Positions 8,140 to 19,400 of a stretch of DNA of 64,000 nt are shown here, one piece after another. Below the pieces are notes generated by a model, which worked only from the letters and a program-made list of their open reading frames with translations, was not told the DNA's origin and made no database searches. Source of the DNA: Fidelibacterota bacterium. Its GTDB lineage: Bacteria > Fidelibacterota > UBA2242 > JAOZSR01. The stretch is from positions 2,092 to 66,091 of the forward strand of contig JAOZSR010000007.1 of assembly GCA_029939575.1 (NCBI GenBank), written 5' to 3'. Position 1 is the stretch's first letter; every line of letters begins with the position of its first letter. The translations under genes were made by a program, and so were the position numbers.

Positions 8140-9135
8140 CTAATCCGGAAAAATTCTATTAATATTTTTTTCAATTTCAGTAAAAATATTTTGCTGTTTA
8201 ATGTTCTCTAAAGTTTCCTTTAGTTTTTCATTATCAACCTTAAAAAAAACACCTTCAGACGTGTTCTTTTCTTTTATTATTGATTTTAATTTTATTACGC
8301 GGATTGCTTTTTTATATTCATTTAAAGGTCTTTCAAGGGTTTCCCGACATTTATCTTCAAAATATTCTATTGGAATTTCATTCATTTTACCCTGTTCACC
8401 CATAATAATTGAAATAAGACTTAATACGGCGAGTTCCTGTTTTGACCATGGTTTAAATTTAATCTCATTATTAAATCCCCGTGCTTCCATATATTTGGCT
8501 CGACTATATTCAGCCAGAATGGAAATCGTATCAAATTTATCTGTGATAAACTGCCTGCCTTTTTCATAATTCAACTCACTTTTAGCTAATTTTGAATTTA
8601 TTAAAATTCCTAATAATTTCCTGACAATTTCAGTATCAATGTTCATGATAAAAGTTATTTGCTCAACAATTTTATTCCAGTTTAAGGATTTGTTTCCAAA
8701 TTGATCTTCTTTAGTACCATTTAATAAAATATCCAAAAAATAGAAAACCTGTCTTGCTATATCTGATATTTCCATATTTCGTTGTCTTTTATCTGCTTTT
8801 CTAAGGCGTTCGACCAGAATTAAATAAAAAGAACGCATCCATGGAGGAACATCACCTAATAACTTTTGAAAAATGTTTTCATTTATTTCAAGACAAATAA
8901 CGTTAGTTAAAGCTCTAACTGTTGCTGAGCGTGGTTGACGATCTATTAATGCCATTTCACCAATAATTGCGCCAGATCCTAATTTGGCCAACACTGTCTT
9001 TTGATTCCTTATTTGAGTTGACACTTCAACCTCACCGGACTGTATAATAAACATGGAATTGCCTTTATCATTTTCCATGCATAGAAATTCACCTTTTTTG
9101 AAATTTCGAATTGCTTTTTTTTCAATAAAATCCAT
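8140..9135 (-). CDS. cyclic-nucleotide-binding (cNMP/Crp-like) domain protein with uncharacterised C-terminal domain
   Basis: N-terminal 120 aa FKKGEFLCMENDKGNSMFIIQSGEVEV...LGSGAIIGEMALID...RSATVRAL fit the cNMP-binding beta-barrel pattern. No HTH or known output domain is recognisable in the C-terminal 200 aa. Confidence 0.6.
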   Translation of the reverse strand: MDFIEKKAIRNFKKGEFLCMENDKGNSMFIIQSGEVEVSTQIRNQKTVLAKLGSGAIIGEMALIDRQPRSATVRALTNVICLEINENIFQKLLGDVPPWMRSFYLILVERLRKADKRQRNMEISDIARQVFYFLDILLNGTKEDQFGNKSLNWNKIVEQITFIMNIDTEIVRKLLGILINSKLAKSELNYEKGRQFITDKFDTISILAEYSRAKYMEARGFNNEIKFKPWSKQELAVLSLISIIMGEQGKMNEIPIEYFEDKCRETLERPLNEYKKAIRVIKLKSIIKEKNTSEGVFFKVDNEKLKETLENIKQQNIFTEIEKNINRIFPD

Positions 9136-9162
9136 AATAAATTCTTCTTATCGCCTAATTAA

Positions 9163-10248
9163 TTATTCATATTGAGCTATTAATTTCAATGCTATGTTGG
9201 CAGCATTTTGCCAATTCCACTTCTCTACCATTTGTTGTCTTGCAAATTTTCCTTTTTTAATTGCCTCGTCCCGGTTCTCATAAATGTATCTCATATAAAA
9301 TTTTAACTGCTCCATATCCGGTTGCGCCCATTTACCTGTTCCAAAATCAGTCCAATTAAAATATAAATCCTTTATGTCTTCTAACTGATAATCAAGCAGA
9401 TAGCAATTTTCCTCAGTGATAAATTCCGTCGGACCACTATAATTCGTGGCAACTACCGGTAGACCACAGGCCATAGCCTCAGTTATTGGTAAGCCCCAGC
9501 CTTCTGAACGGCTTGGAAATAAAAAAGCATCACAGGAATTATAAAGTGAGACTATGATATCATTTGATATGCTATTAAGAACTAATATTTTTTCCGGTGA
9601 TTTCAGAGATAATTTGTTAATTTCTTCCGAAACACTAAAATTTTTCATAAAAGTATTGTTAACACTTAAAACTAAATATACATCTTTTTCTGAATGGAAT
9701 TCCTGGTCAAATGCTATTATTAATTCCTTTGTGCATTTGCGTTTTTCCCATTTCCCAATATTTAAGAATTTAAAACCGGGAATTTGGTCTAAAGCCGGTA
9801 TAGAATTTTTATTTGGGTTGAATATTTCTGTATTTACTCCTTCAGGAACAACATCTATCTGTTTTGCTTTAAATCCATTTTCAATTAGTATTTGCTTATT
9901 CCAACCTGTAGTTGTCCAGATTTTGTTAGGAATTTTTAAAGGTTCCAACCATTCTTTGGGAATAATTGTTGATCCAAAAGTAGTATATCCAATATTAAAT
10001 CCAGGTAAATTATTGAAAAAAGTAAAATATCTGCCATAGCTTATCATTATAGTAACATTGTTTTGGCTATTACCATATTTCCCCAGATAATTAAAAAGTT
10101 CCTTCTTTATTGCATCTGTTCCTTTTGAAAGGTCTAATTCGGTTGAATTAAATTGTTTTCCAACAGCTTTATAAAAATTTCTTGTATGAATATTGTAACC
10201 TGTATTACCTGATATATGTCCTACTAAAAGTAGATTTTTATTTTTCAT
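9163..10248 (-). CDS. GT4-family (GT-B fold) glycosyltransferase
   Basis: The C-terminal motif FLFPSRSEGWGLPITEAMACGLPVVATNYSGPTEFI is the canonical GT4 EX7E region. Confidence 0.75.
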   Translation of the reverse strand: MKNKNLLLVGHISGNTGYNIHTRNFYKAVGKQFNSTELDLSKGTDAIKKELFNYLGKYGNSQNNVTIMISYGRYFTFFNNLPGFNIGYTTFGSTIIPKEWLEPLKIPNKIWTTTGWNKQILIENGFKAKQIDVVPEGVNTEIFNPNKNSIPALDQIPGFKFLNIGKWEKRKCTKELIIAFDQEFHSEKDVYLVLSVNNTFMKNFSVSEEINKLSLKSPEKILVLNSISNDIIVSLYNSCDAFLFPSRSEGWGLPITEAMACGLPVVATNYSGPTEFITEENCYLLDYQLEDIKDLYFNWTDFGTGKWAQPDMEQLKFYMRYIYENRDEAIKKGKFARQQMVEKWNWQNAANIALKLIAQYE

Positions 10249-10416
10249 TTTTCTTTCTAAAAATAATATTTAATTAAACTGTATTCAGTTTGGTATCAAT
10301 AATAGTAACATTCCAGTCTTCAAACTCTTTATAATTAAATTTATCAACATGTTTGAAAGCAAGATTTATCGAAAAATCACTATAATATTCATTATATTGG
10401 TAAACATTTCCTGGTT

Positions 10417-13400
10417 TTAAATATTCTCATCAATCATTTCCATCATTTCAAGAGCTGTTTCATCATTCGGTTTTATTTCCAAAATTTTTGTGACAAAAGA
10501 TTTGGCATTAACAAAATTTTCTACTTCCATAAATAATTGTGCTAATCGTGTAAGTGTCAAAACATCATCAGGAAAATTTTCTAATATATGATCAAAAGTA
10601 TGAACACCTTTTTCATATTCACCTTTTGCTATGAACACTTCAGCCAAATTTCTTTGAGCATCCAGGAATTGTGGATCCAATTCAGAGGATTTTTGAAACA
10701 TTGCAATGGCATTATCTAATTCCTGCTGTTCATAAGAAATGATTCCTAATATATTAAAAGCACCGGCATGATTTGGCTCAATCTGGAGTAATGTTTCAAT
10801 CAATTTAATTGTCTCGACATTATCTTCTTTTTCTCTGGAATCTAATATTTTATCAAAAAGTTCATTTTCATTTAACCCTGTACTCTTGACCGCTTCAGAT
10901 TTATTAATATCATTAGTAACACTTTGATTATCAGGCGAATTGGTTAATATCATATTTTCCTTTGATATATTTGCTTCATTGGGAATAAAATTCCATTTTT
11001 CATCAAATCGATTTCCCCAGCGTTTGAAAAACAATTCAAGATTTTCATTGAAATATTTAAATCTATCGTCACTAACAGCTTCATGATGAATTATTACTGA
11101 ATCGGGATTATACAATATTTTATATCCCTTATCCCTTACTTTTAAACAAAGATCAATATCTTCAACACCCATTTGATATTTCTCATCAAATTTACCAACA
11201 TTAAAAAATAATTCAGTTGGTATTAAAAGACATGCACCGGTTACCATATCAAATTCTTTTACCTGGTTTATTGCTGGAGAATTTTCATCAGCATATCTGT
11301 TTGGGTGTTCCATCAAGTAGTCAATTTGTCCATAGTTTTTAATTTGTATTGGCTCATCTAATTTTACAAACTCCACACCTGCATGCTGAACACGTCTATC
11401 AGGATATAATAATTTAGCACCTACAATTCCCGTATTCTCATTTTTTTGAAACACCTGAAATAAACTGGTCAACCAATTTTTTTCAACTTCTGTATCATTA
11501 TTTAAGAATACCAAATATTCACTTGATGCAATTTCTGCACCTCTGTTTGACCCACCGGCAAATTTTTGATTTTCCTCCAAATGAGTAATAATGACATTAT
11601 CATTTTCCTGTTCAAGATACTTTAAATATTCCCATGTAGAATCTTTGGAAGCATCATCAACTAAAACAATTTCATAATTTGGATATTTTGTATTTCTTTT
11701 AATTGATTCAATACATTTTTTGGTAAATCCTAAATTATTATATAATGTTAAAACTATTGATATTTTGGTTTTATTATTCGCAGGTTTTTTTTTTGATTTT
11801 ACACTATCTCGATTCACAAGGAGTTCTTGCATTCTATTTCTGAATTCATTTACATTTTTCACTTTAGTTATAGAATCCCATGGATCAATAAAAATATATT
11901 CAGCAGGGTCTTTCCAATTGGCGTGTTTTTTAGGTCGTACAGATTCAAATACAATTGTTGGAATATTTCCTAAAGCCGAAAAACTTTTACCCCAGGTATC
12001 TGCACCTATCAATACATCAGCTGTAGCGACTATTTGCATTTGCTCAAATATATTATAACTTCTTTTATTAATAACTTTTCCAAAAATAGGATAATCATCC
12101 TCCTCAGTTGGTATTCCAATGATAACAGGGACAATATTTTGACCGTTAAGAAAATTAATTATTCTATGCCAAAATTTCGGATCAATAATATTCTTCTTCC
12201 CTTCCACCATTCCTTTTAAACTACCTTTTGGGTTAATTACTACCTGAAAATCCGTAATTTTTTCAGTCTTAAAATTATTTACCCAATTACATTTTTCAGT
12301 TAATCCATATTTCTTAAATACATTTAAATCTGATGTCCATTCTTCAAGGTAAGTATTTCTTGGTGTAGCACCGAGTCCCTTTACATTTTTGATTTGAGTT
12401 AATATTTGCCTGTATATACCATGAAATTTAAGGTTTACGGGATATGGTAAGAAAAATATTTTCTTCAGTTTTGGAAAACAATTAAAAAATTGTTCCATTA
12501 CATTAATATTGTTAGGAATACATAAAACAATTTGTTCCGGTTCCTGATCATAAAATGACGATAAGAGTAAACAGGCATCTCCAATTCCTCCCATATGCAC
12601 ATAAATATGACCTATGGATTCAAAAATACTGGCTAAATAGTGAACAAAAATATCAGTATATTCTTCAACAAAATCAAAATTATTAGGTTCAATAATTTCT
12701 GACAGAAAGATTGCATTTCCTTTTATTTCTTTTATTAATTTACACTTATCGCTTGTAAAATATTTTGGGTGAAATTTTATTAATGGCTTCAGATTTTGTA
12801 AACTTGCCTGCTCAGGAGATATTTTTGCTATTTGGTTAACTAATTCCAACAATTTACTGCTATCACCTGTTTTTGTTGCAAGTTGAAGCTGTTGTTTAAT
12901 ATCTTCAATAACTGATTTACTATCCTTTGTTTTACTATTCTCTTTTTTATCTATTTCTTCTGAAATCATATTTTCCAAAATATCAATTGCATTTTCTTCA
13001 TTGGCTTTTAAAGGTACCTGTTTTGATGTTTCTATATCATTAATATTATCCGTTTTTTCCAAAATTTCCAGTAACTCTAGCGCATCTTTATTATCAGGCT
13101 CAACTTCAAGCACTTTATTTATAAATTTTATCGCCATATCCTTTTTTCCAACTTCAAAATAGAGTTGCCCCATTCGGTTAAGAACAAGTACATCATTAGG
13201 ATGTTCTCCCAAAATTTCATCAAAAATATTTATTCCTTTTTCATAATCACCTTTGGACAACATTACTTCTGCAAGATTTCGTTTTGCATCCAGTAAATCA
13301 TGATCATTTTCAATAGCCTGGGAAAAAGACTGAATAGCTTTTTCTAAATCACCTTCTTCAAAATTGATGATTCCAACCATATTATATGCAGCAGCATAAT

Positions 13401-16400
13401 CCGGTGCAATATTTAATATATTTTCTAAATATTCTTTACACGCTACAATATCCCCTGACTCTTTGGCTTTAAGAACTTTTTCAAAGAGTATATCCGGCGT
13501 TGAATCAATATTTTTAGTACTTCCGGTGTTACTTATGAAATGTTGTATTAAATTTTGTATTTCAATATTGTCACTATCAACAATAATTGCCTTTTTAAGA
13601 TATAAAAAGGCATCATCAAAACGATCATTTTCAAGTAATAATTCAATGATCATTACAATAGTTGTAATATCATTTGGAAAACTTTTATTCAGTTTTATTA
13701 ATCGATTAAATGCTTCCTCGTATTTATTTTCAACAATATCAATTTCTGCTAATTTCCTACTTATTTTTATACAGGCAGGACTAAATTTTTCAGATTTTTC
13801 TAATAAATTATAAGCTGCTTTATTATCATTATTAAGAAGATGAATATTACTGGCTAAAATTATCGCTTTTGTATAAAAAGGAAAATCTGTAAGCAAATGT
13901 TTAATTTTCTCAAAAGCTTTTTTATATTCACCGGCATCTGTAAACTTCTCACAATCCTGGTATATAGATTCAAAATCCTCAAAATTTGGAAGAATAGTTT
14001 TCCCTGCTAATTTATTTTTTATTTTACTGTAAATCTCAAACATCAATTTTTCTTCTTCAAAATCATTCTCCAAATCATCTATTTTCGGAGTAGTTTTGAT
14101 ATGTTTTTCTTTCCTTGCGTAAAATCTAATCTCTTCGCCAAATCCCTCTTTTTCAATTAATTCTACTATTGAATGAATATCAGTATCATTATTTATATCA
14201 AACATGGCATTAATAGTTTTATTAAGGTTACTGTCACTATAATCACCGGTAATAGTATAAATTTTTTCAATTTTAAAACCATATCGATGCAGTTCTCGTT
14301 TTAAAATATCAATATAAAAATGAACATAATGATATGCAGGATCTAACAAAAACCATTGATCTTTTAAAAATAACGACATAAAAGAACCAAAATTTGGTAC
14401 AGCACCACAAAACATGCCACCAGGTTTAAGAATATTGTTAATCTTTTTAAGCGCTACAAGAGTATATGGTATATGTTCAAAAACATGAGACATTGTAACT
14501 ACATTAAGAGAATTTTCATTAAAATCCTGCTGGTCAAACTGAATATTGGAAACATTTATATTGAGTACATTTTTAGCGTATTCTACATTTTTTCTGGTAA
14601 CTTCAATTCCTTGTACATCAAATCCTTTTTGACGGGCATTATACAGTAATCCGCCCCAACAACAACCAATATCAAGAAATTTGCCTTCGGGCTTTGTGAA
14701 TTCCAATATTTCATTCATAAAATTTTTACGAAATTGTGAGTGTTTAGGTATATCAGCAACAGAATCAGGAGGTTTATGTGAATCTACATCACCATAACTT
14801 TGATAAAGTTTTTCCATTGCCTCGCGGGTAAGCCGGGTTCTTAGATAAATACTATTGCAATCTACACATTGAACGATATCATTACTATTTCTAATAACTT
14901 TTGATTTGCCACTATTACAGAAAGGACATTTTATTTTCTGATAGTTTTCCTGGATTTCATCCAGGCTGTCATATTCAGAAATTAAATTTTCATTTTTCTT
15001 TTCTTGATTATTAAATCTTACTATTGGTTTTTTTGTTAATTGAAGAATACGATTTTGCAAAATAGCAGAGGAATTATCCCAACTAAACTCTTCTTTAGCA
15101 TATTTTGATGCAATTTGTCCTATTTTTTTAATATTTTCAGGATTCTTGTATGCAAAATGCATCTTTTTAGCCAAATCTTCTATACTTGGTTCAAACAGCC
15201 ATGGATTATTTACTAATTCTTCTTCACCAATTTTTGTATCCTTATATTTCACTTTCCTGGCATCTATAAATATTGAGTTTTCATCATTACAAAAATCAAG
15301 ACAAGCCCCACCTCTGGTAACTATAGGTGAAATACCACAACTCATGGCTTCTAAAATAGGCAATCCAAATCCTTCTCCCCTATAAGGATGAACCAGACAA
15401 TTACAGGCTGTATATAGGCCAATAAGTGATGGCTCATCAAGATACTTATCAATATATTCGATTTCCGGTAACGAGTGATCCTGCTGAATTTTTCTAATTT
15501 CTGCTTTATTATTCTTTCCCCGATAAAATGAATCTCCACCCATATCTTTAATCACAAGACAAACATCATCTTTACTGGAGAACTGTTTTTTATAAGATTC
15601 CAGCAGTATATCTATTCCTTTTCTATAGATTGTTCCGCCTAAAAACAGGAATTTAAATTTTTTCTTCGTTTTAAGCTGATATGGTGGCACATTAGGATTA
15701 AATTTTTCATAATCTATTCCATTAGGTATTACAAATACCCGATCAGATGGAACACCACTGTCAAGATAAATTTTCTTAACATAGTTACTTGGCACCCAGA
15801 ATTCATCAACATCTCTGGAAAATACTTTCACCCAATTTTTTGGTAAATAGCCGAACTCCCAAGGTTGAATGATAACCCAATGCCCCTTTTCCGGAGCTGT
15901 TAAGTTGGGTGGCCATTGATGCCGGACATGAACATCAACTTTTGCTAACTTCCTATTTACTCTTTGTTTTATTTTTCTAAATGGGCTTTTCTTTCCTGGT
16001 ATAAACTGATCCTTTTCATAGGGTAAAACAGAAACATTAAATCCACCATTAATAATTCTTAAGGTTTGTTCGCGGTTTACAAGAGCCAGAGAATGATAAA
16101 CAAATTGGGAACCTTCCCAAATAACATTTATATCAGATTTTGATTGCTGCTCGCTTACAGATAGTAATTCTCTCTCAATTTTCGATCTATATTTCAAAAA
16201 ATTATCAAAATATTCATACCAACGTTTAATAAAAATAGTTAAGTTTTTTTCCACATTATCAAACCGACCGTCTGATTTTCCTTCATAATGAATGACAATA
16301 GAATCAGGGGTATAAATTACACGTTTCCCCATTTCTCTTATTTTAAGACAAAGATCAATATCCTCACACCCGTTAATATATATTTCATCAAACCCACCTA

Positions 16401-19400
16401 TTTCATTAAATAGTTTTTTGGAGATCAAAAGACAGGCACCTGTAACCATATCTAAATCACGTTGATATGAAACAGCAGAATCATTCTCAGCAATATTCCT
16501 GTTAGGGTGGTCAGGAACCCACCGAATCTCACCATAGCCTTTTATATTTTTAGGTTTTATTAATTTTAAAAGTTCAATACCGGCATGCTGAATTTTTCGA
16601 TTCTGATAGATTAATTTTGCTCCAATAACTCCTGCATTTTTCTCTCTTTTATGTATTTTCAGAAGATTATGTAGCCATCCTGTTTGAACCTCGGTATCAT
16701 TATTTAAAAATACGAGTACTTCTCCCTTGGATATTTCTACGCCCTGATTATTGGCGGCAGCGAAATATTTGTTTTTTTCATTATGAATTACCTGAATATT
16801 TTCAAAATTGCTGTTTAATTCATCAATATACTCCCTGGTTTCATCATTAGAAGCATTATTAATAAAAATGATTTCATAATTTGGATACAATGTATTATCA
16901 AAAATTGCCTGAACACATTTTTTTGTGTATTCACATTTATTAAATAACGGGATAATAATGGATACCTGAGTATAATAATTATCAATAATATTCTTCAAAT
17001 ATTCTTTTCTATCTAATACTCTGTTATTTTCTACCGATTGTTGTCCATTTTGAATAGATGGTAAAATTTTTAATAATAATTTTTTGAAATTTTCAAAATT
17101 AGTTACTTTTGTTATTGACTTCCAGGGGTCAATAAAAATAGATTCTGCAGGATCTTTCCAATTCTTATATTTTGCAGGACGGAGACTTTCAAATACTATT
17201 GTCGGGATTTCTCCTAAAGCTGAAAAAGATTTTGCCCATGTATCTGCACCAATTACTAAATCTGCAGATGCCACTAATTGCATTTGTTCATAAAGATCAT
17301 AACTCCGCTTGTCAATCATTTCACCGGTTTTATAATAAATATCCCGTTCTTCCGGTATGCCGATTATTATAGGTTTAATATTTTCATCATTCAGAGTTGC
17401 TACAATTTTTTCCCAGTATAATGGATTGATAATATTTTTCTTTCCATTCATCATACCTTTCATGCTACCCTGGGGATTAATTATTACCTGGAAATCGACA
17501 ATTTTTTGGGTTTTAAAGAGATTAATCCATTCACATTTCTGATTAAGATTATATTTTGTAAAGACATCAAATGTGTTTAACCATTCTTCAATATAATTAT
17601 CTTTCGGTGTGGCGCCTAATCCTTTCACATTACTTATCTGATGAAAAATTTGGCGGTAAATATTATGGGAAATATTATTTTTTGGCATTGGTAGAAAAAA
17701 CACATTTTTTAATTTTGGAAAAGACGAAAAAAACTTTTTCATAGTGCTAATAGAATTAGGTATACTCAAGATAACCTGTTCCGGATCTGCATCATAAAAT
17801 GATGATAATAGTAAACACGCATCTCCAATTCCACCCATATGAACATAAATAGGTCCTAATTCTCTAAAAATACTGGCAATATGGTGGGTTACCGGCTTTA
17901 AATATTTTTTAGCTTCTAATAAATTTTTGGGTTCAATATTTCCTGATAGATAAACAAATTTTCCATCTATTTTTTCTATTAATTTTTTTATTGCAATTAC
18001 CGCAACTTCTTTTTCCCATTTCAAATAAAATCTTGAGGCAGCTTCCATATTTAATCGATCTATTTCAGCCTGATTAGGATTTGACTGAGCTTCATGATGG
18101 ATAAGTACACATTTTGGATCATATATAACTTTTTTTCCTGCTGCTTTCACTTTAAAACATAGATCACTATCTTCAAAATACATTCCATAAGCTTCATCCC
18201 AACATCCAATTTGGTTAAAAAAATCAGTTTCCATAAATACACAGGCTCCGGTAACAACAGGAAATTCTTCTACTTTATTAATTTTAGGATTATCGGGAGA
18301 AGTACCTCTTAAACGATGAGCTGGCCAAACTGAATATATTGTGCTGATATTCTGAAATAAATCGAGGCCACAGTGCTGAACTGTCCCATTAGGATAGAGT
18401 AGTTTCGCCCCTACAATGCCAATATTTTCATCACTTTTAAGGCGATTTATTCCTACAGTCATCCAATTTTCTTGAACCTCAGTATCATTATTCAAAAAGC
18501 AAATATATTTATTTTTAGCAAATTTCGCCCCTGCATTGCAACCTCTGGCAAATCTAAGATTATCATCGTTATATACACCACGAATATTTGCATGGGCTTT
18601 TTCCATTTCCTTAACATATTGCCTTGTATTATCTTTTGAGCCATTATCAACGAGAATAATTTCATAATTAGGATATTTTGTGTTTTGAAAAATTGAATTA
18701 ACACATTGGCGGGTAAATTTAACATTGTTATAAAGAGGAATTACAATTGATACTTTTGGAATTCCTGATTCAGATTTTTTGACAGGAAAATTATTCGGTT
18801 TTGCAACAATATTTTTGCTATCTTTTTCTACAAAAAAATTATCTATCCAATTACAAATAGCAATGCACTTTTCTTGGTTCGGACGAAAATCAATACCATT
18901 TTTCTGTTTTTTCTCTTTAATTCTGGATCGCAATTCTGTAATCCTGGAGTTAGTGGAATTGGTTTTCAGGAAGTTAAATAGCTCATCTGCGTCCCTATTA
19001 AAGTTAATTATTCCTTCTCTGGTCAGATGGTTACATTGAGTTATTTTTTCTTTAGAAAACATTTCATATAAATATGGATATGGTACTATAGTACAAGGGA
19101 CACCTGCTATTAATGCCTCCCAGATTATTGATGAAAAATGAGGACTTACCAATAAATCAGTAACAGCAAGTACTTCTGGATTTTTGTCAATGGTAAAAAC
19201 CATGTTTTGATTGATATTATTTTTTGAGGCCAATTTTTTCACGTAATTTTGAATACCAATATAAGTATCTGAAAACTGATCAAAAATTGGATGCATTTTA
19301 AAAATTAACTCTACCTCCGAAATATTTGGCAATTGAAAAATCTTTAATAAAATTTGTTTGTTATGTTCAGCCTGTTCCATAAAATCAAACTGTACTTTTG

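Noticed and set aside
11720-12058. + strand ORFs inside the giant gene (also 12034-12219, 13463-13813, 15146-15385, 17084-17293, 17172-17542, 18779-19039)
   Set aside because: Antisense shadow ORFs within a 9.7 kb coding region. Their mutual similarity simply reflects the internal duplication on the coding strand.
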